A stretch of 63,301 bases of DNA, filler included, from Octopus bimaculoides (Eukaryota): NCBI RefSeq assembly GCF_001194135.2. It is 4 parts of 4 records of this genome, joined end to end, with 100 filler letters (N's around TTAATTAATTAA, not from the genome) between each part and the next. Parts side by side here need not be neighbours in the genome. Positions count along the whole stretch, not along the records: positions 9,550 to 37,090 come from NC_068982.1; 3 more parts are not named here. One strand, 5' to 3'. Position 1 is the stretch's first letter. Each line of letters starts with the position of its first letter. A program made the translations under genes and the position numbers. The notes beneath the pieces were generated by a model. That model did not search any database. It saw only the letters and a program-made list of their open reading frames with translations, and had not been told where the DNA came from. Shown here piece after piece: positions 12,292-25,212 of this stretch.

Positions 12292-12830
12292 GGATGGTAA
12301 GGCAGGGATGATCCTCAGATAATTCCCTTTTTGATCATTCCAAGTGCTCCTACAATCACTGGCATTGTAACTGTTTTAAGATGCCACATTTTTTTCGATT
12401 TCAATCAGCAAATCTTTATATTTTCTGAGCTTATCAAATTCTTTTGCCGATATATGATCACAAGGTATGCTCATGTCAATCGATAAACATACTTTTATTG
12501 TTTTGGTCTTTCACAGCAATATCTGGTTTATTAGCATTGATGCTCTGGTCTGTATGTACCGGAAAGTCCCAAAGAATCGTTACATTTTCTCCCTCACTTA
12601 CAGCCTCCGTGTGGTGCTTGTACCATTTATCAGTAGCTTCGATTTTATAATGTCGACATATTATCCAGTGTAGATATTAGCCAACTCTGTCATGTTTTGA
12701 TTTATACTCTACTGGTACTAAAACCTTACAACCAGAGATTAGGTGGTCCACTGTTTCAGTTTCATCGTTACTGTATTGGCACTTTGGGTCTACTCAATTT
12801 TTCTTCACATTGGTTTGTTATCACATTGGT
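12292..12830 (-). pseudogene. non-LTR retrotransposon 3' relic with zinc knuckle and restriction-like endonuclease (R4/Dong/NeSL-type)
   Basis: Manual translation: KCQYSNDETETVDHLISGC (CCHC knuckle, second C mutated) ...KHDRVG*YLHWIICRHY...KWYKH...TILWDFPVHTDQSINANKPDIAVKD/IDMSIPCD...KEFDKLRKYKDLLIEIE/MWHLKTVTMPVIVGALG; one stop and two frameshifts. Confidence 0.9.
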
Positions 12831-12858
12831 TTGTTATTAATATGGTTAATAAAAAATC

Positions 12859-12875
12859 ATATTATTATTATTATG

Positions 12876-12950
<75 letters not shown>

Positions 12951-12955
12951 GTTAT
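12859..12955. repeat. (TTA)n microsatellite
   Basis: Long, nearly perfect trinucleotide run. Confidence 0.95.
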
Positions 12956-13007
12956 TAGACAATAAGAAGAGCTTTATGCGATATGTAACACATTGTTTAT
13001 TTAACGG

Positions 13008-13052
13008 TTTGAACGACATTTCGACAGATCGTCTGTCTTCTTCAGGTTCAAA
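13008..13052 (-). ncRNA. type I hammerhead ribozyme, complete catalytic core
   Basis: Minus strand: UUUGAAC-CUGAAGA-A-GACAGA(CGA)UCUGUC-GAAA-U-GUC-GUUCAAA; stem I 7 bp perfect, stem II 6 bp perfect, GUC cleavage triplet, loopless stem III. Confidence 0.8.
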
Positions 13053-13247
13053 ATGTAAAATGAAAGCAGCCACAGAAACACAGAAATTCAAAATATAAAC
13101 GAGGAAATCCTGCTTTCCTATCTTAATAGAATGACATCATCGGTTTCAGTTTTGTAACTGATAAAAGGAAAAACCAATTATTATCGTTATTATTATTATC
13201 ATTATAATTATCATCATTATCATCATCATCATCGGCTGTTTATTGGG

Positions 13248-13287
13248 TTGAATAATATTTCGACAGTATGTTTCTCTTCAGATTTAA
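13248..13287 (-). ncRNA. second, diverged copy of the same hammerhead motif
   Basis: Minus strand: UUAAAU-CUGAAGA-GAAACAUACUGUC-GAAA-UAUU-AUUCAA; alignable with 13008-13052 including flanks. Confidence 0.6.
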
Positions 13288-13579
13288 AATGAAAAATGAA
13301 GACTTAAAAATACTCAAAGAACTTAAATCTATTTATAAGTTTCCTTTGTTCGTAAATGGGTAATCTGATTAAAATAGTGGAAAAAAACAAAAACAAGGGA
13401 GAGAGCTATTGTTAGTCAGAAAGTTTTGTATAAATCTGATGGAACTCTTCTGTCATTCAGTTCATTCCACAAAACCCATTCCAGCGCGAGTCGCTAGTCA
13501 CCTACTAATATAGTTGTACTCATGTGGTTGTTTATGAGAAAAGAATTCGACGAAATTTGCCAAGCCTAAAACGACTGTA

Positions 13580-13795
13580 CGAGGAGTGCTGAAAAGTTCA
13601 TAGCTTTGGGTAAAATAAAATAGAGTAGGATCAGTTAATTATGACTTTATTCAACGTATTCCCCTCTCAGGTTCACACGCTTATTGCAGCAGTCATTCAG
13701 TTTTTGTAAGCCCTGTAAAAGAACTCAGAATGTGGGATCTCCAACTAGGCCTTTCATGACACCCTTAAAGCCAGGAACTTTTCAGCCCTCCGTCT
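13580..13795. mobile_element. mariner-type MITE (~215 bp)
   Basis: TIRs TACGAGGAGTGCTGAAAAGTTCATAGCTTT / AAAGCCAGGAACTTTTCAGCCCTCCGTC, TA at both ends, no coding capacity. Confidence 0.8.
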
Positions 13796-14175
13796 TAACT
13801 TTGTATATATGCAAACACACACTTGTGTATCCATGTATGTGTGTATGCGTGCATTTAGAGGCATGTACATACATCTATATGCACACATGTAGAGAACAGT
13901 GCAGGCATGGATGGTATTGCACATGTGGATTTTATATTATGCTGAACTTGACTGTTTTTTTGTCTTTTTATAAATTTTAACTGCACTGTTCGTAGCTAAA
14001 ACCTTCTGATTAGACATGTTTTTTCTAGTTTTTCTAATTTCTCGAATTTCGTACTGGGGTAGTTAGTCAGATAATCAACTACCTCAGTGATTATTAATAA
14101 AAATCTAAAATCATAATTCCAATAGAGTAACAGCAAATTTCTCATCGGTTCGGCATGGCTGTTTTCTTTTTCACT

Positions 14176-14216
<41 letters not shown>

Positions 14217-14940
14217 CTTTTCTATATTTAATTATGTGAAGTCTTCCTGGTTTCTTTCGAAGGTAGACAGCCCCATCGCTGGAATGTAAATAACAAAAAA
14301 CAACACATTTTAAACTGGAGAAAAGTCTTGCATATTTTTACTGTTTCACATACTGTATTTGTAATGTGTGAATTAGTTGGTTGATTTTTTTTTTCTGCAA
14401 ACCCTAGCTTATCCAGATTATCATTTAGGCATTTACTCACAAAATCATGTACACCAATCACTATTGACATAAACGCGAATTTATAAACTGGATATAGAAG
14501 CTGGATATTTCGAAGCAGTTGTGCATAATTATCCCCTTTTTCTCTTTGATTTTCGAAGAGACATTCGCATCAGCAGGGGCAACTGACCTTTATAAGGATA
14601 CATTCTCTTTGACCTGTTAAGTTTACACTTCGTAGAAATTTTTATGTGAAAGTTCCGCTCATATTCCCTGTATTGATGTTTGCGTATATATTTAGTAGAA
14701 GTGTTGTTCATATTTATTCCAGGAGGTTTTTTTTTTTCATATGTATGTAAATGTGTACACGCGCGCGCATTCATATACATACATTCATATATACATATAA
14801 GCATTTCAAATTTACTGATTTCAATGCTATGTATGGACATGGCTTTGGATGCTCAATATTCCCTTTGGAAGTTGGAAACATCGTGGTTGTTTGTATTTAC
14901 ATGGAGCGTTGTTTCTTCTCTAGGAAGATCTGATGTCAAA

Positions 14941-14978
<38 letters not shown>

Positions 14979-15508
14979 TTACTCACACTTACGCCTCTAC
15001 ACACATACAGTCACATATACGTCACCTCATTCCCCCACGCAGTCACATCCACAACTAATACTGACACACCTAACACCCCTCCACCCAGACACTCAAATTC
15101 GCATACTCACACGGATGCGCACGCTTACACACTTGTACACATATACACTCTCACATTCACATACACACACATACACACTCGCACGCACACAATCACACAC
15201 ACACACACACACACACATACACACACACACACTCAGTACTGCGGATAATCTAATTGAAAGGACAGCTATTCTCATTTGACATCCCACAACAACAACAGCA
15301 ACCACCACCATCACCATAACAAAAAGCAACAGCAGCAGCAGCAGCAGGATGTGGTGGTATTTACTGTCTTCAAACAGCAATATTCTCACGCATGACCTTT
15401 GACATCTCTTGCTCATGGCGATATTGACACCAGATACTGCCAGACACAAACCAAACCACCAAAACCACCCAAACCAACACAAACACATGAAACCCAAGTG
15501 CGGCGTCC

Positions 15509-15572
<64 letters not shown>

Positions 15573-15576
15573 CGTT

Positions 15577-15610
<34 letters not shown>
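15509..15610. repeat. compound (GTT)n(GTC)n microsatellite
   Basis: Directly visible. Confidence 0.95.
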
Positions 15611-15615
<5 letters not shown>

Positions 15616-16238
15616 AGCAGCGTTGTTGTTGCTGCTGATATTCAGAATCAGATCGTTCCTAACGAAAGAATAGTCAATCCATGACCATCTCGTCCTATGT
15701 TCAACGATAGTGAACGACCCAGGTAACATTATCCGAAGTGCCCTTCCTAAACACATTAGGCTGTAGTTTGAGGAATGTGTGGTAGCTATTTCTTGCAAGT
15801 TGAGACTCATTATTAAAGGGAGATAAATCTGTTCACAATATTTTAGCATTTGACACTCATCTGTTGCTTTTTTCTAAATGAAACCATCTTCAGAAGATTT
15901 GTAACGATTAGCAACGCATTTATCAGAGACGACCTACTTTCTAAGCATATCTCACGCATGCGTTAGCATTGTTGATATTCGTTTTTTTTTATTTATTTAT
16001 TTATTTGTCGCCGAGGTGTGTTGTTCTTTTCTTCGTCAGTACAATAATGAAAGAATTGTTCAATTCCGAACTCTGGGAAGAATATAACATTGATCTTGAT
16101 TACCAATGATAGTGCAATTTCTGTCACAGAGACCTAACAAAAGGCAAGGAGCTCCTCCTGAATATTCAGACTATAACTTCACCATATACTCTTAATATCA
16201 ACGCTGATTAACTTAAAATATTTGTTACGAGTGATATA

Positions 16239-16341
16239 TCGGTCAATGTGACATTAGATGGAATGTACTCGGAATATGTTAATGCGTTTAAATACCTTGG
16301 ATCACAGGTGGAAGACAATAATATTACTGCATCATTAATAT
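16239..16341 (+). pseudogene. LINE reverse-transcriptase fragment
   Basis: SVNVTLDGMYSEYVNAFKYLGSQVED contains the E.V..FKYLGS motif at the end of non-LTR RT. Confidence 0.55.
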
Positions 16342-17237
16342 AAAAGTGGTTTAGCATCCTGTGTCTTTGATCTCTTCCACTGGTGTGTTTGGAAACAAAA
16401 CAACGTCTTATTGCACACTAATATCGGTATTTATCAATTATTGATTATCTATATTGTTACCTCTGTTGTTTTATAGTGAGAGAGCATCACAGAATTACCG
16501 TCGATTAACTGTCTGCAGAATGATTCCATTCAAAGAATTTGCAAACCAACCATTTCTGAATTAATTATTATACTATAGCAATGGTTCTGCCGGTATAGCT
16601 CTATGTAAATCTAATGAAACATTACCATGAATACTATTTATGTTCATCTAACCACAACGAGAAAAACACAGAAAAAGACTTCGCTGAAAGCATGTCGAAC
16701 AGATCGAGAGAAATGAAAAAAGTAATTTAATGTTTTGGAGGGGTTTGAAGACCCTGCGTTCCTCACTACTTCCTACTGAAGAAATCCAGCAGGAATGAAA
16801 TAGCAGCTATACTGCAATGTTAAGCACTCTATGATTAAAGTGAAAAAATAATTAAATACGCAAAAATAGTTAGAATTCTTTGCCCATCAAAACAATATGA
16901 GTATTATGGATGCCATCATCTCTCTAGCCACAGAGATAAATGGTAAATCAACTGGGAAATTGCATAAAATAATTAAACACCTGGCAAAAAACAGCAAATA
17001 CGGAATGTAATTGTCCACAAGTGATGGGTGGTGGATAAAAAAATGCCGAAACATTTTCCCATGACGGTTATAATGTATACTTCTTATATGAAACTCACCT
17101 GTCTCAAAGAAAAGAGCGCTTCAGTTAATTTGGATAACATTTTAAAATGGCTGTAGTTGTTATTTTCTTGAACGCGATATGGTTCCACTATCTTTAAAAT
17201 TTTTATTGATTGATTTTGCCACTCGATTATATAAAAT

Positions 17238-18026
17238 CAGGGTGTTCGGGTTAAGCTTCGACAGTTTGCATAAAAGGAAAAGAAAACATAATATCCCATC
17301 CAAAAACAAAAGTAATTTTTAAAAATCGAAAAATATCAATTATGTTATAACTGGGAAGATAGCTGGTTACTCAAAGTAACTGCCTTCAGCTTGCACCATG
17401 GCTTCAAGATAGCTCTAGAACCTGGCACATGTGTTCCTTACTGTGTCTCCGCGAAGATCTTCGAGCACCTCTTTGATTTTTGTCATCAGGTCGGCCTTGG
17501 TGTTGCAGAGAAAGCGTTTGGTATCTTTCTCAACCGTATCCCTCGCATAGTAATCCATGTGATTACAATCAGGGGAGTCGGGAAGCCAGAAATTGGGGAT
17601 GGTGAAATCATTGAAATTCTCCGACAATCACTTTTGGCTCTTTCTGGAGATATGGCAAGGAACAGAATCGTGCTGCTACACATATGACCTTTCGGCAGAA
17701 CTCTTTCTAGCCATAGATTGAGCCCAATCACCAACAGTTTACCAACACCATCTGAATTGAGTCCAAGGTCCGGTTCATAGATATGGGTGTGATGTCAGGA
17801 CGACTGCAGTGTCTTTATCTGCTGGCCACGGCTTTGTAATCTCCGTTGCAGCTGTCCATGTCATGCCTTACAGCTTTTGCAGCATTCACAGAGCACTGAG
17901 CAGCAGCGAAGATGTCAGCATTGGGAAAACTAGTGCGAATCATTATGATTCAGGTAACTCTTTTCCAATATTCAGGTGACTTCCAGACCGTCATGTCAGC
18001 TAACTTTAATCAGCCTGAACACAGTG
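17238..18026 (-). mobile_element. internally deleted Tc1/mariner-superfamily element (maT/DD37D-like)
   Basis: Broken C-terminus ...LWLERV...SENFNDFTIPNFWLPDSPDCNHMDYY..TVEKDT...CNTKADL...TCARF*SYLEAMVQAEGSYFE; degenerate TIRs CAGGGTGTTCGGGTT / CACTGTGTTCAGGCT. Confidence 0.75.
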
Positions 18027-18252
18027 TATATACATAAACATACACACACGCGCGTGCGTGTATGTGCGTGCATAGGTGTGCATGTATGTGTGTGTGTATG
18101 TGCGTGTGTGTGTGTGTACATATGTGTATGTATGTTCTTTTATTCTTTTCTCGAACCGCTAAGTTACAGAGACATAAATACACTAACACCGGTTGTCAAG
18201 CAGTGATGGGGCTCAAACACAGACAGAACGGCACACACACATAGATATACAC

Positions 18253-18304
<52 letters not shown>

Positions 18305-18867
18305 NNNNNNNNNNNNNNNNNNNNNNNNNNNNNNNNNNNNNNNNNNNNNNNNNNNNNNNNNNNNNNNNNNNNNNNNNNNNNNNNNNNNNNNNNNNNNNNN
18401 NNNNNNNNNNNNNNNNNNNNNNNNNNNNNNNNNNNNNNNNNNNNNNNNNNNNNNNNNNNNNNNNNNNNNNNNNNNNNNNNNNNNNNNNNNNNNNNNNNNN
18501 NNNNNNNNNNNNNNNNNNNNNNNNNNNNNNNNNNNNNNNNNNNNNNNNNNNNNNNNNNNNNNNNNNNNNNNNNNNNNNNNNNNNNNNNNNNNNNNNNNNN
18601 NNNNNNNNNNNNNNNNNNNNNNNNNNNNNNNNNNNNNNNNNNNNNNNNNNNNNNNNNNNNNNNNNNNNNNNNNNNNNNNNNNNNNNNNNNNNNNNNNNNN
18701 NNNNNNNNNNNNNNNNNNNNNNNNNNNNNNNNNNNNNNNNNNNNNNNNNNNNNNNNNNNNNNNNNNNNNNNNNNNNNNNNNNNNNNNNNNNNNNNNNNNN
18801 NNNNNNNNNNNNNNNNNNNNNNNNNNNNNNNNNNNNNNNNNNNNNNNNNNNNNNNNNNNNNNNNNNN

Positions 18868-18945
<78 letters not shown>

Positions 18946-21451
18946 CATACATACATACATACATACATACAAACACCTAAATGTCGAACGATGAAATGAG
19001 TGCTCAACACTACATTGGTGGATATATGATTTCTTTATTTGTGAATTAAGGCTACCATTGATTTCATGGTAAGAAAAGTTGGAAAATATCCTCGTGTCTT
19101 AATGCTTCAAGCCGATCACATGAAGAACAGTTTAATGTAAATGATATGTGTGTAATATATATGCACACTCACACGCACACACACACACATATGTACACAT
19201 ACATATACGTACATATGCACACATATATATACGTACACACACACACATATATANNNNNNNNNNATATATACGTACACACACACACATATATATATACAGA
19301 TATATGCACACACATATATATACACATATATACACACACGCACACACAGTTGAGTAATCTATTATCATAGCACAGAATGCATTGATGAAGGGAAGTTCAC
19401 TGTTGTTTGGTAATCCACAACTCCAATAGTATCCAAAAGTATCCAAACATGAATGGTACCTTAAGCGTGGTCTAAAATCGTCATAAGAAGAGAGGAGTGA
19501 ATTATCTGGTACTGTTACAATTGTTTCGTTAAGAGTCTTTATTGTGGCTCAATCACAGTAAAGTCATGCATGCAGTATCCACAACATCCATCAGATTACG
19601 TAATATATCATGCAACTCTCAGCTCACCTGGTTTACCAAATAAACAAGTGAGCAACGACATGTTGGTTAATCAACAGGCCATTCAAGTGAAATTTCTACC
19701 ACTATTAAAGAAGTGTGAAGTTGATGGTACTACAATCGGTCAATCAAGAAGGTGGATAATGGAATGAGGTCGTAACTTAAAGAAAAGTTAGACATTTCTG
19801 TTCTTAAGATGGCATTAAACTTAGCAGCCTCACTCATTAAGGCTGGTACTGGCTCATATACTGGCCGAGAGCGGGCGCCAAGAATGACACTTGATCCTAT
19901 CAAAATATGTTCCTAGACAGCTGCCGACGTTGTTCTAAGAAACCAGTTGCTGTGATCGTTTCGATGTAGTTTTGACATTATTCTCATTATCGCTAGTAAA
20001 AAATATATATTTTAGTATCTTTCCTGATCTATTTTCTTCCATTTAATTTAATTTTACTGAAATAATGAAAATGTGAACTAATGCATTCGCTTGTCGCAGT
20101 TACGAATTTTATTGGTGATAATCCTAAGTTCCATACTAGGCTCTATCGAAAGAGAAACGTTGTATAATATACTCTCTATAAATCTAATATATTTGCAATA
20201 TATAATCAGAGCAATCCTCGAGACACTTGCAGTTAAATTTTATTTTTTAGGATGCCCTGGAGTATACTTCTGTCTACTTGGTTGGACGAATAGAATTGAT
20301 TTTTTCAAGTAACCTTTGTGGGTGGTGGTGGTGGTGGTGATGGTTGTGTGTATATTTATACGTATATGTGTATGTATGTCTGTCTGTATGTATATGTGAA
20401 TGCGTTGGTATTTTTGTCATTTGCATTATTATTTTGTGCGTTGCTATATCTTGATCTTGTTTGTTTTATGACAGAAACTTTTAGTTTATTTAATGAGTAA
20501 GGAGTTATTACTAAATAGGATATTTTATTCAACATCACTCTTCGTTAATTAGTACATAATAGTCTTACATTCATGTTTGTGCCACAGACAGACACATTCT
20601 TTTAGATGTATATTATTAAAAAAAAATACATTATCACAATTTTACTCAGTACTTTTTGTTGTGCTTAAGATTTCTACAGTCCCCTCAATATTTCAAAATC
20701 CTCCTGATCGTATATATTCTGAAAACTATGAATACATTGGCAGCAGTTGTTCTTGTTGTTGTTGTGGTGGTGGTGGTGGTGATTTCTATTGCTGTTGATG
20801 CTGTTATTTTTCTATACACCAAGAAAGTTGGTTATGTTACTTTTCATGAGTCTGATTCCACCTAGAAATGAGGATAAAATCTGTGTTCTTTTAAAGAGTA
20901 CACCACCACTTACTGTTAGGTTTCTGTCCAGTATTTTCCTGTTAATACAACTTCCGTCACAAATGTTCTAGTTTTGCATTTATGGTTGTTTATTTTTAAT
21001 TATTATCTTCTTAATGTTTAGTGTTGTGTCATATAAAATGATGCAATGGCTTCTTGTTGTAGCTGCCGTCATATGTCGGGATGTTGTGATATTTGCATGG
21101 CCAACGTAATAGTTAAACTAATGATATTTAGAAGTTTAATGTTGACAGATAAAGTTGGTGCACGACATTAGTCATCCATATTGTATTTCTAAATTTACGC
21201 TTGTCATCCGAACTGCATGCAATGACTTGCAGATTTCTGCTTTGCGGTTCATCTTTTATCTTATACATTTCGGTCTTAGTTCATCTAAAGAAAAATTCTG
21301 CTTTCGTAATATTTCAAAAGTTATGAATAAAAGCATGTAATCTTTTGTTTGCTGATATATAATCTGTTAATCTATTACACACACACGATTATACATGCAT
21401 GTATGTATGAATGTAATTATGAGCACATAGATATATCCGTACGTATGTATA

Positions 21452-21884
21452 TTCCTTTACTCTTTTACTAGTTTCAGTCATTTGACTGCGGCCATGCTGG
21501 AGCTTCACCTTAAAGAGTTTTAGTCAAAGAAATCGACCCCAAGACTTATTCTTTGTAAGCTTAGTACTTACTTTTATCGGTCTGTTTTGCCGAACCTCTA
21601 GCCTACGGGGACATAATCACACCAGCACCGGTTGTCAAGCGATGGCGGGGTACAAACATAGACACACATACATGAATATATAATATATATGTGTGTGTAT
21701 GTGTGTATGTATGTATATATGTATGTATGTATATGTATATGACAGGCTTCTTTTAGTTTCCATCTACCAAATCCACACACAAGGCTTTGGTCGGCCCCAG
21801 GCTATTGTAGAAAACACACTGGGACTGAACCTGGAACCACGTGGTTAGGAACAAGTTTCTTACCACACAGCTATGCCTACACCT
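21452..21884 (-). mobile_element. SINE family A
   Basis: Reverse-complement match with internal microsatellite. Confidence 0.9.
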
Positions 21885-22399
21885 GTATATATGCATATAT
21901 ATATATATATANNNNNNNNNNNNNNNNNNNNNNNNNNNNNNNNNNNNNNNNNNNNNNNNNNNNNNNNNNNNNNNNNNNNNNNNNNNNNNNNNNNNNNNNN
22001 NNNNNNNNNNNNNNNNNNNNNNNNNNNNNNNNNNNNNNNNNNNNNNNNNNNNNNNNNNNNNNNNNNNNNNNNNNNNNNNNNNNNNNNNNNNNNNNNNNNN
22101 NNNNNNNNNNNNNNNNNNNNNNNNNNNNNNNNNNNNNNNNNNNNNNNNNNNNNNNNNNNNNNNNNNNNNNNNNNNNNNNNNNNNNNNNNNNNNNNNNNNN
22201 NNNNNNNNNNNNNNNNNNNNNNNNNNNNNNNNNNNNNNNNNNNNNNNNNNNNNNNNNNNNNNNNNNNNNNNNNNNNNNNNNNNNNNNNNNNNNNNNNNNN
22301 NNNNNNNNNNNNNNNNNNNNNNNNNNNNATATATGCGTATATACACATAAATACAGGCGCGCACACACACACATACACATAGATTTAGGTATACTTACT

Positions 22400-22540
22400 A
22401 ATACAATTATGTTATTTCTCCAATCTGCAACGTTTATGGTTCGTGAGAAGTTGGTATCAATGAAGGTAAGGAACCGTTTAGTCAAACTTACTGCTACATT
22501 CATACATGGTGGAATGAAGTTTGGGTCAATTCCAAACACA
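22400..22540 (-). pseudogene. Penelope-like element linker fragment
   Basis: FIPPCMNVAVSLTKRFLTFIDTNF...NNII resembles the W.NPP.S.NV.T....FL.LID..FP linker also seen at the start of ORF 58257-59297. Confidence 0.4.
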
Positions 22541-22867
22541 TGACCCAGAAAAAATTCTCAGGTAAATAGTATCGAGAATGCGTTTGTAGATATCCAATTC
22601 AATTTTGGGATATTTTGGATATCAGCCTATATTTGGGATCGAAACAAAACCGTACTTGCGGTCGTTAAGAGTAATCCATGTGGTGTGTGTCTCATGACAA
22701 AGTGACACTCGTAGTTTCCTAATTCATGAAAAATGGCTGGTTCTCGCTCTCGTTGCGGCGTTGTATATTGCAGATTTGCCTGTGATTTTGTAAATTTTAC
22801 TAACATTCATTTTTTTAATATTTCTTTTTTATTCGTTTTGGAGAAAGGGAATTTTTTATCTTTTATC

Positions 22868-23259
22868 CTTTGCTCTTTTAGGTCATTAAACTGCGGCCGT
22901 GCTGGTGCACCGCCTTGAGAAATTTTACTCAAATGAATTGATCTTAGTACTTCTCTTTTCAAGCCTGGTATTTATTTTTTCAGTCTCGTTTACAGAACCA
23001 CTAAGTTATAGGAACGAAAACACACCAACACCGATTGTCAAGCGGTGGTAGGGCACAAACACATACACGAAGACACACACACACACACATGTACATATAT
23101 ACGATAAGCTTCTTTCAGTTTCCGTTTACAAAGTTCACTCACGCGGCTTCGGTCTGCTTGAGGCTATTGTAGAAGACACATGCACAATATGTCACGCAGT
23201 GGGACTGAATCCGGAACCATGTGGTTGGGAAGTAAACGTCTTACCACACAGCCACGCCT
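22868..23259 (-). mobile_element. SINE family A (older, diverged)
   Basis: Reverse-complement match. Confidence 0.85.
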
Positions 23260-24473
23260 AGAAAGTATTTTCAGTTCAGACAAAAGGTCTGAATGTTTGC
23301 AACTCCTTCATTGAATGTACATAACAACCAAATGGTGTTAAGCAGGCAATGAAGTAGGTTGACCACACAAGTAGATCATGGTAGGATTTGGACATGGAAC
23401 TCAAATAACAATAAAGAATACTGTAAAGCATTTCGTCCGATGCTGGACATCCTCAATGTGCTTCTGGATTGAAGGGTGGAAGAGTCTCGAGAACATATCT
23501 TTTTTTGCTCATGACTACGCAGGGCCCTAAAACAACTAGTGAAAGCATCGTACATGTTCATATCCATTCACGGGTGAGAAATAGTTCCATATCCATGATG
23601 CTCTTAGGTCCAAATCTTCAACTTACTGTACCACTTTTCGACCATTCTGTTGAATTTCACATTATTGCACCTGTCACTATGAGGCACACTTCATCCAAAA
23701 CTTCTAAACCTTTCCTATAACTACTCTAACTCTTAATAAATCCTCATGTGCACGGTGATCAGCGAATATCAAAACAATGACACACATCCATTCTTCCTAG
23801 GTTTCGGCAGATTCGAATATGAATATGATAATCGCTATTGTATTTTTCTATAGAAAACTTTTCCTTTCACATGGTGTGTATTCATAACACAATCTATTCA
23901 CTGAGGTAAAGGGGATCTTGAGACACCACCATGTTTAGAACTGGTGGTGTCTCTTCAGTTACAGGTCCCCTCCCCCACCTCAGATCAACGGAAAGAATTT
24001 TAGCTCTTGTTTATTGAAATCACCCAAACTTTTAGTTTAACTTTAATCCCTGCCCACCATTCTTCCTATCACCGCACATTAGTTTCTAACCAATGCCATT
24101 TGTTCAACCATTCCCCACCTACCTACCATCCAGATATTTAACTCCTCCCTTTTCGACTGCATTAATGAATATGCCGTATATANNNNNNNNNNNNNNNNNN
24201 NNNNNNNNNNNNNNNNNNNNNNNNNNNNNNNNNNNNNNNNNNNNNNNNNNNNNNNNNNNNNNNNNNNNNNNNNNNNNNNNNNNNNNNNNNNNNNNNNNNN
24301 NNNNNNNNNNNNNNNNNNNNNNNNNNNNNNNNNNNNNNNNNNNNNNNNNNNNNNNNNNNNNNNNNNNNNNNNNNNNNNNNNNNNNNNNNNNNNNNNNNNN
24401 NNNNNNNNNNNNNNNNNNNNNNNNNNNNNNNNNNNNNNNNNNNNNNNNNNNNNNNNNNNNNNNNNNNTATATA

Positions 24474-25212
24474 CAAGCGTACCTCACCCTACGTCGTTGA
24501 TTTGGTTCCAGGAGACACGACAAGTCGAATTAACTTGTCTCTAGGCTAGGCCGAATTTACTTGTCTCTAAGCTAAACTGAAAATTACCATTCCCAGTTCT
24601 GTACTTTATTTAATAATGCATTTTCAATAATGCATGGTTAATAAAAACTTATTTTAAGCTTACAAACAATTTTTTTAAATTTTTTAATACAGTACAGTAA
24701 AAAAAAAAAGTAATCTAAATTTACGAATACAATTTGGCAGTGCTTACTGTACATTGTAGATACTTTATTTATGAATGCGGTTTACAATAAGACATGGGTA
24801 AAATAAAAGCCTTTTTTTAAGCTTAAAAAACAAATTTAGTAATTATTATTATTTGGCAATAATAAGAAAAAATTAAATTATTTCAAATTTACCAATACTT
24901 ACATACAATTTGGTGGCTTACATCAAGATGTAGATGTTGATCGTCAGCATTAGCAGGTGACTCTAGCTGTTCTTGTTCGATGCGCTTAAAAAATCGGTTG
25001 AGAGTTTCTTGAACTGTTTTCTTTTCCTCAAAGATTACATTATAAGGAGCAAAAGCTTCGTGACAAGCCCCATTAATCTTGGAAAAAGGTTGAGCAGTTA
25101 GATCTATATCCTCGAATATAGAAAGACCTTTTTCGATATATACAAATGTATACTGCATTTTCTTAATGGTAAAATGACGCAGCTCAGTTTCTTCTTCTTC
25201 TTCTTCTTCTTC
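24474..25212 (-). mobile_element. pogo/Tigger DNA transposon 3' remnant
   Basis: TA then Tigger-like TIR CAAGCGTACCTCACCCTACGTCGTTGATTTGGTTCCAGG at 24474; C-terminal tail EEEEEEETELRHFTIKKMQYTFVYIEKGLSIFEDIDL...YNVIFEEKKTVQETLNRFFK matches the Tigger transposase end (FT.K....F..IE.....FE..D....Y..I..EKK..Q..L..FFK). Confidence 0.75.

Noticed and set aside
14680-15279. 199-aa His/Thr-rich ORF
   Set aside because: Translation of degenerate (CA)n sequence; no domain or splice support
19628-19662. Minus-strand ATG...CCAG/GTGAG (MSLLTCLFGKP) as a first coding exon; plus-strand MMQWLLVVAAVIC at ~21038
   Set aside because: Short motifs that are common by chance in 63 kb; no linking evidence
23445-23480. 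Minus-strand TTGAGGA-GTCC...GGAC-GAAA hammerhead-like string
   Set aside because: Overlaps a degraded SINE C-like segment, has a core mismatch and no stem I
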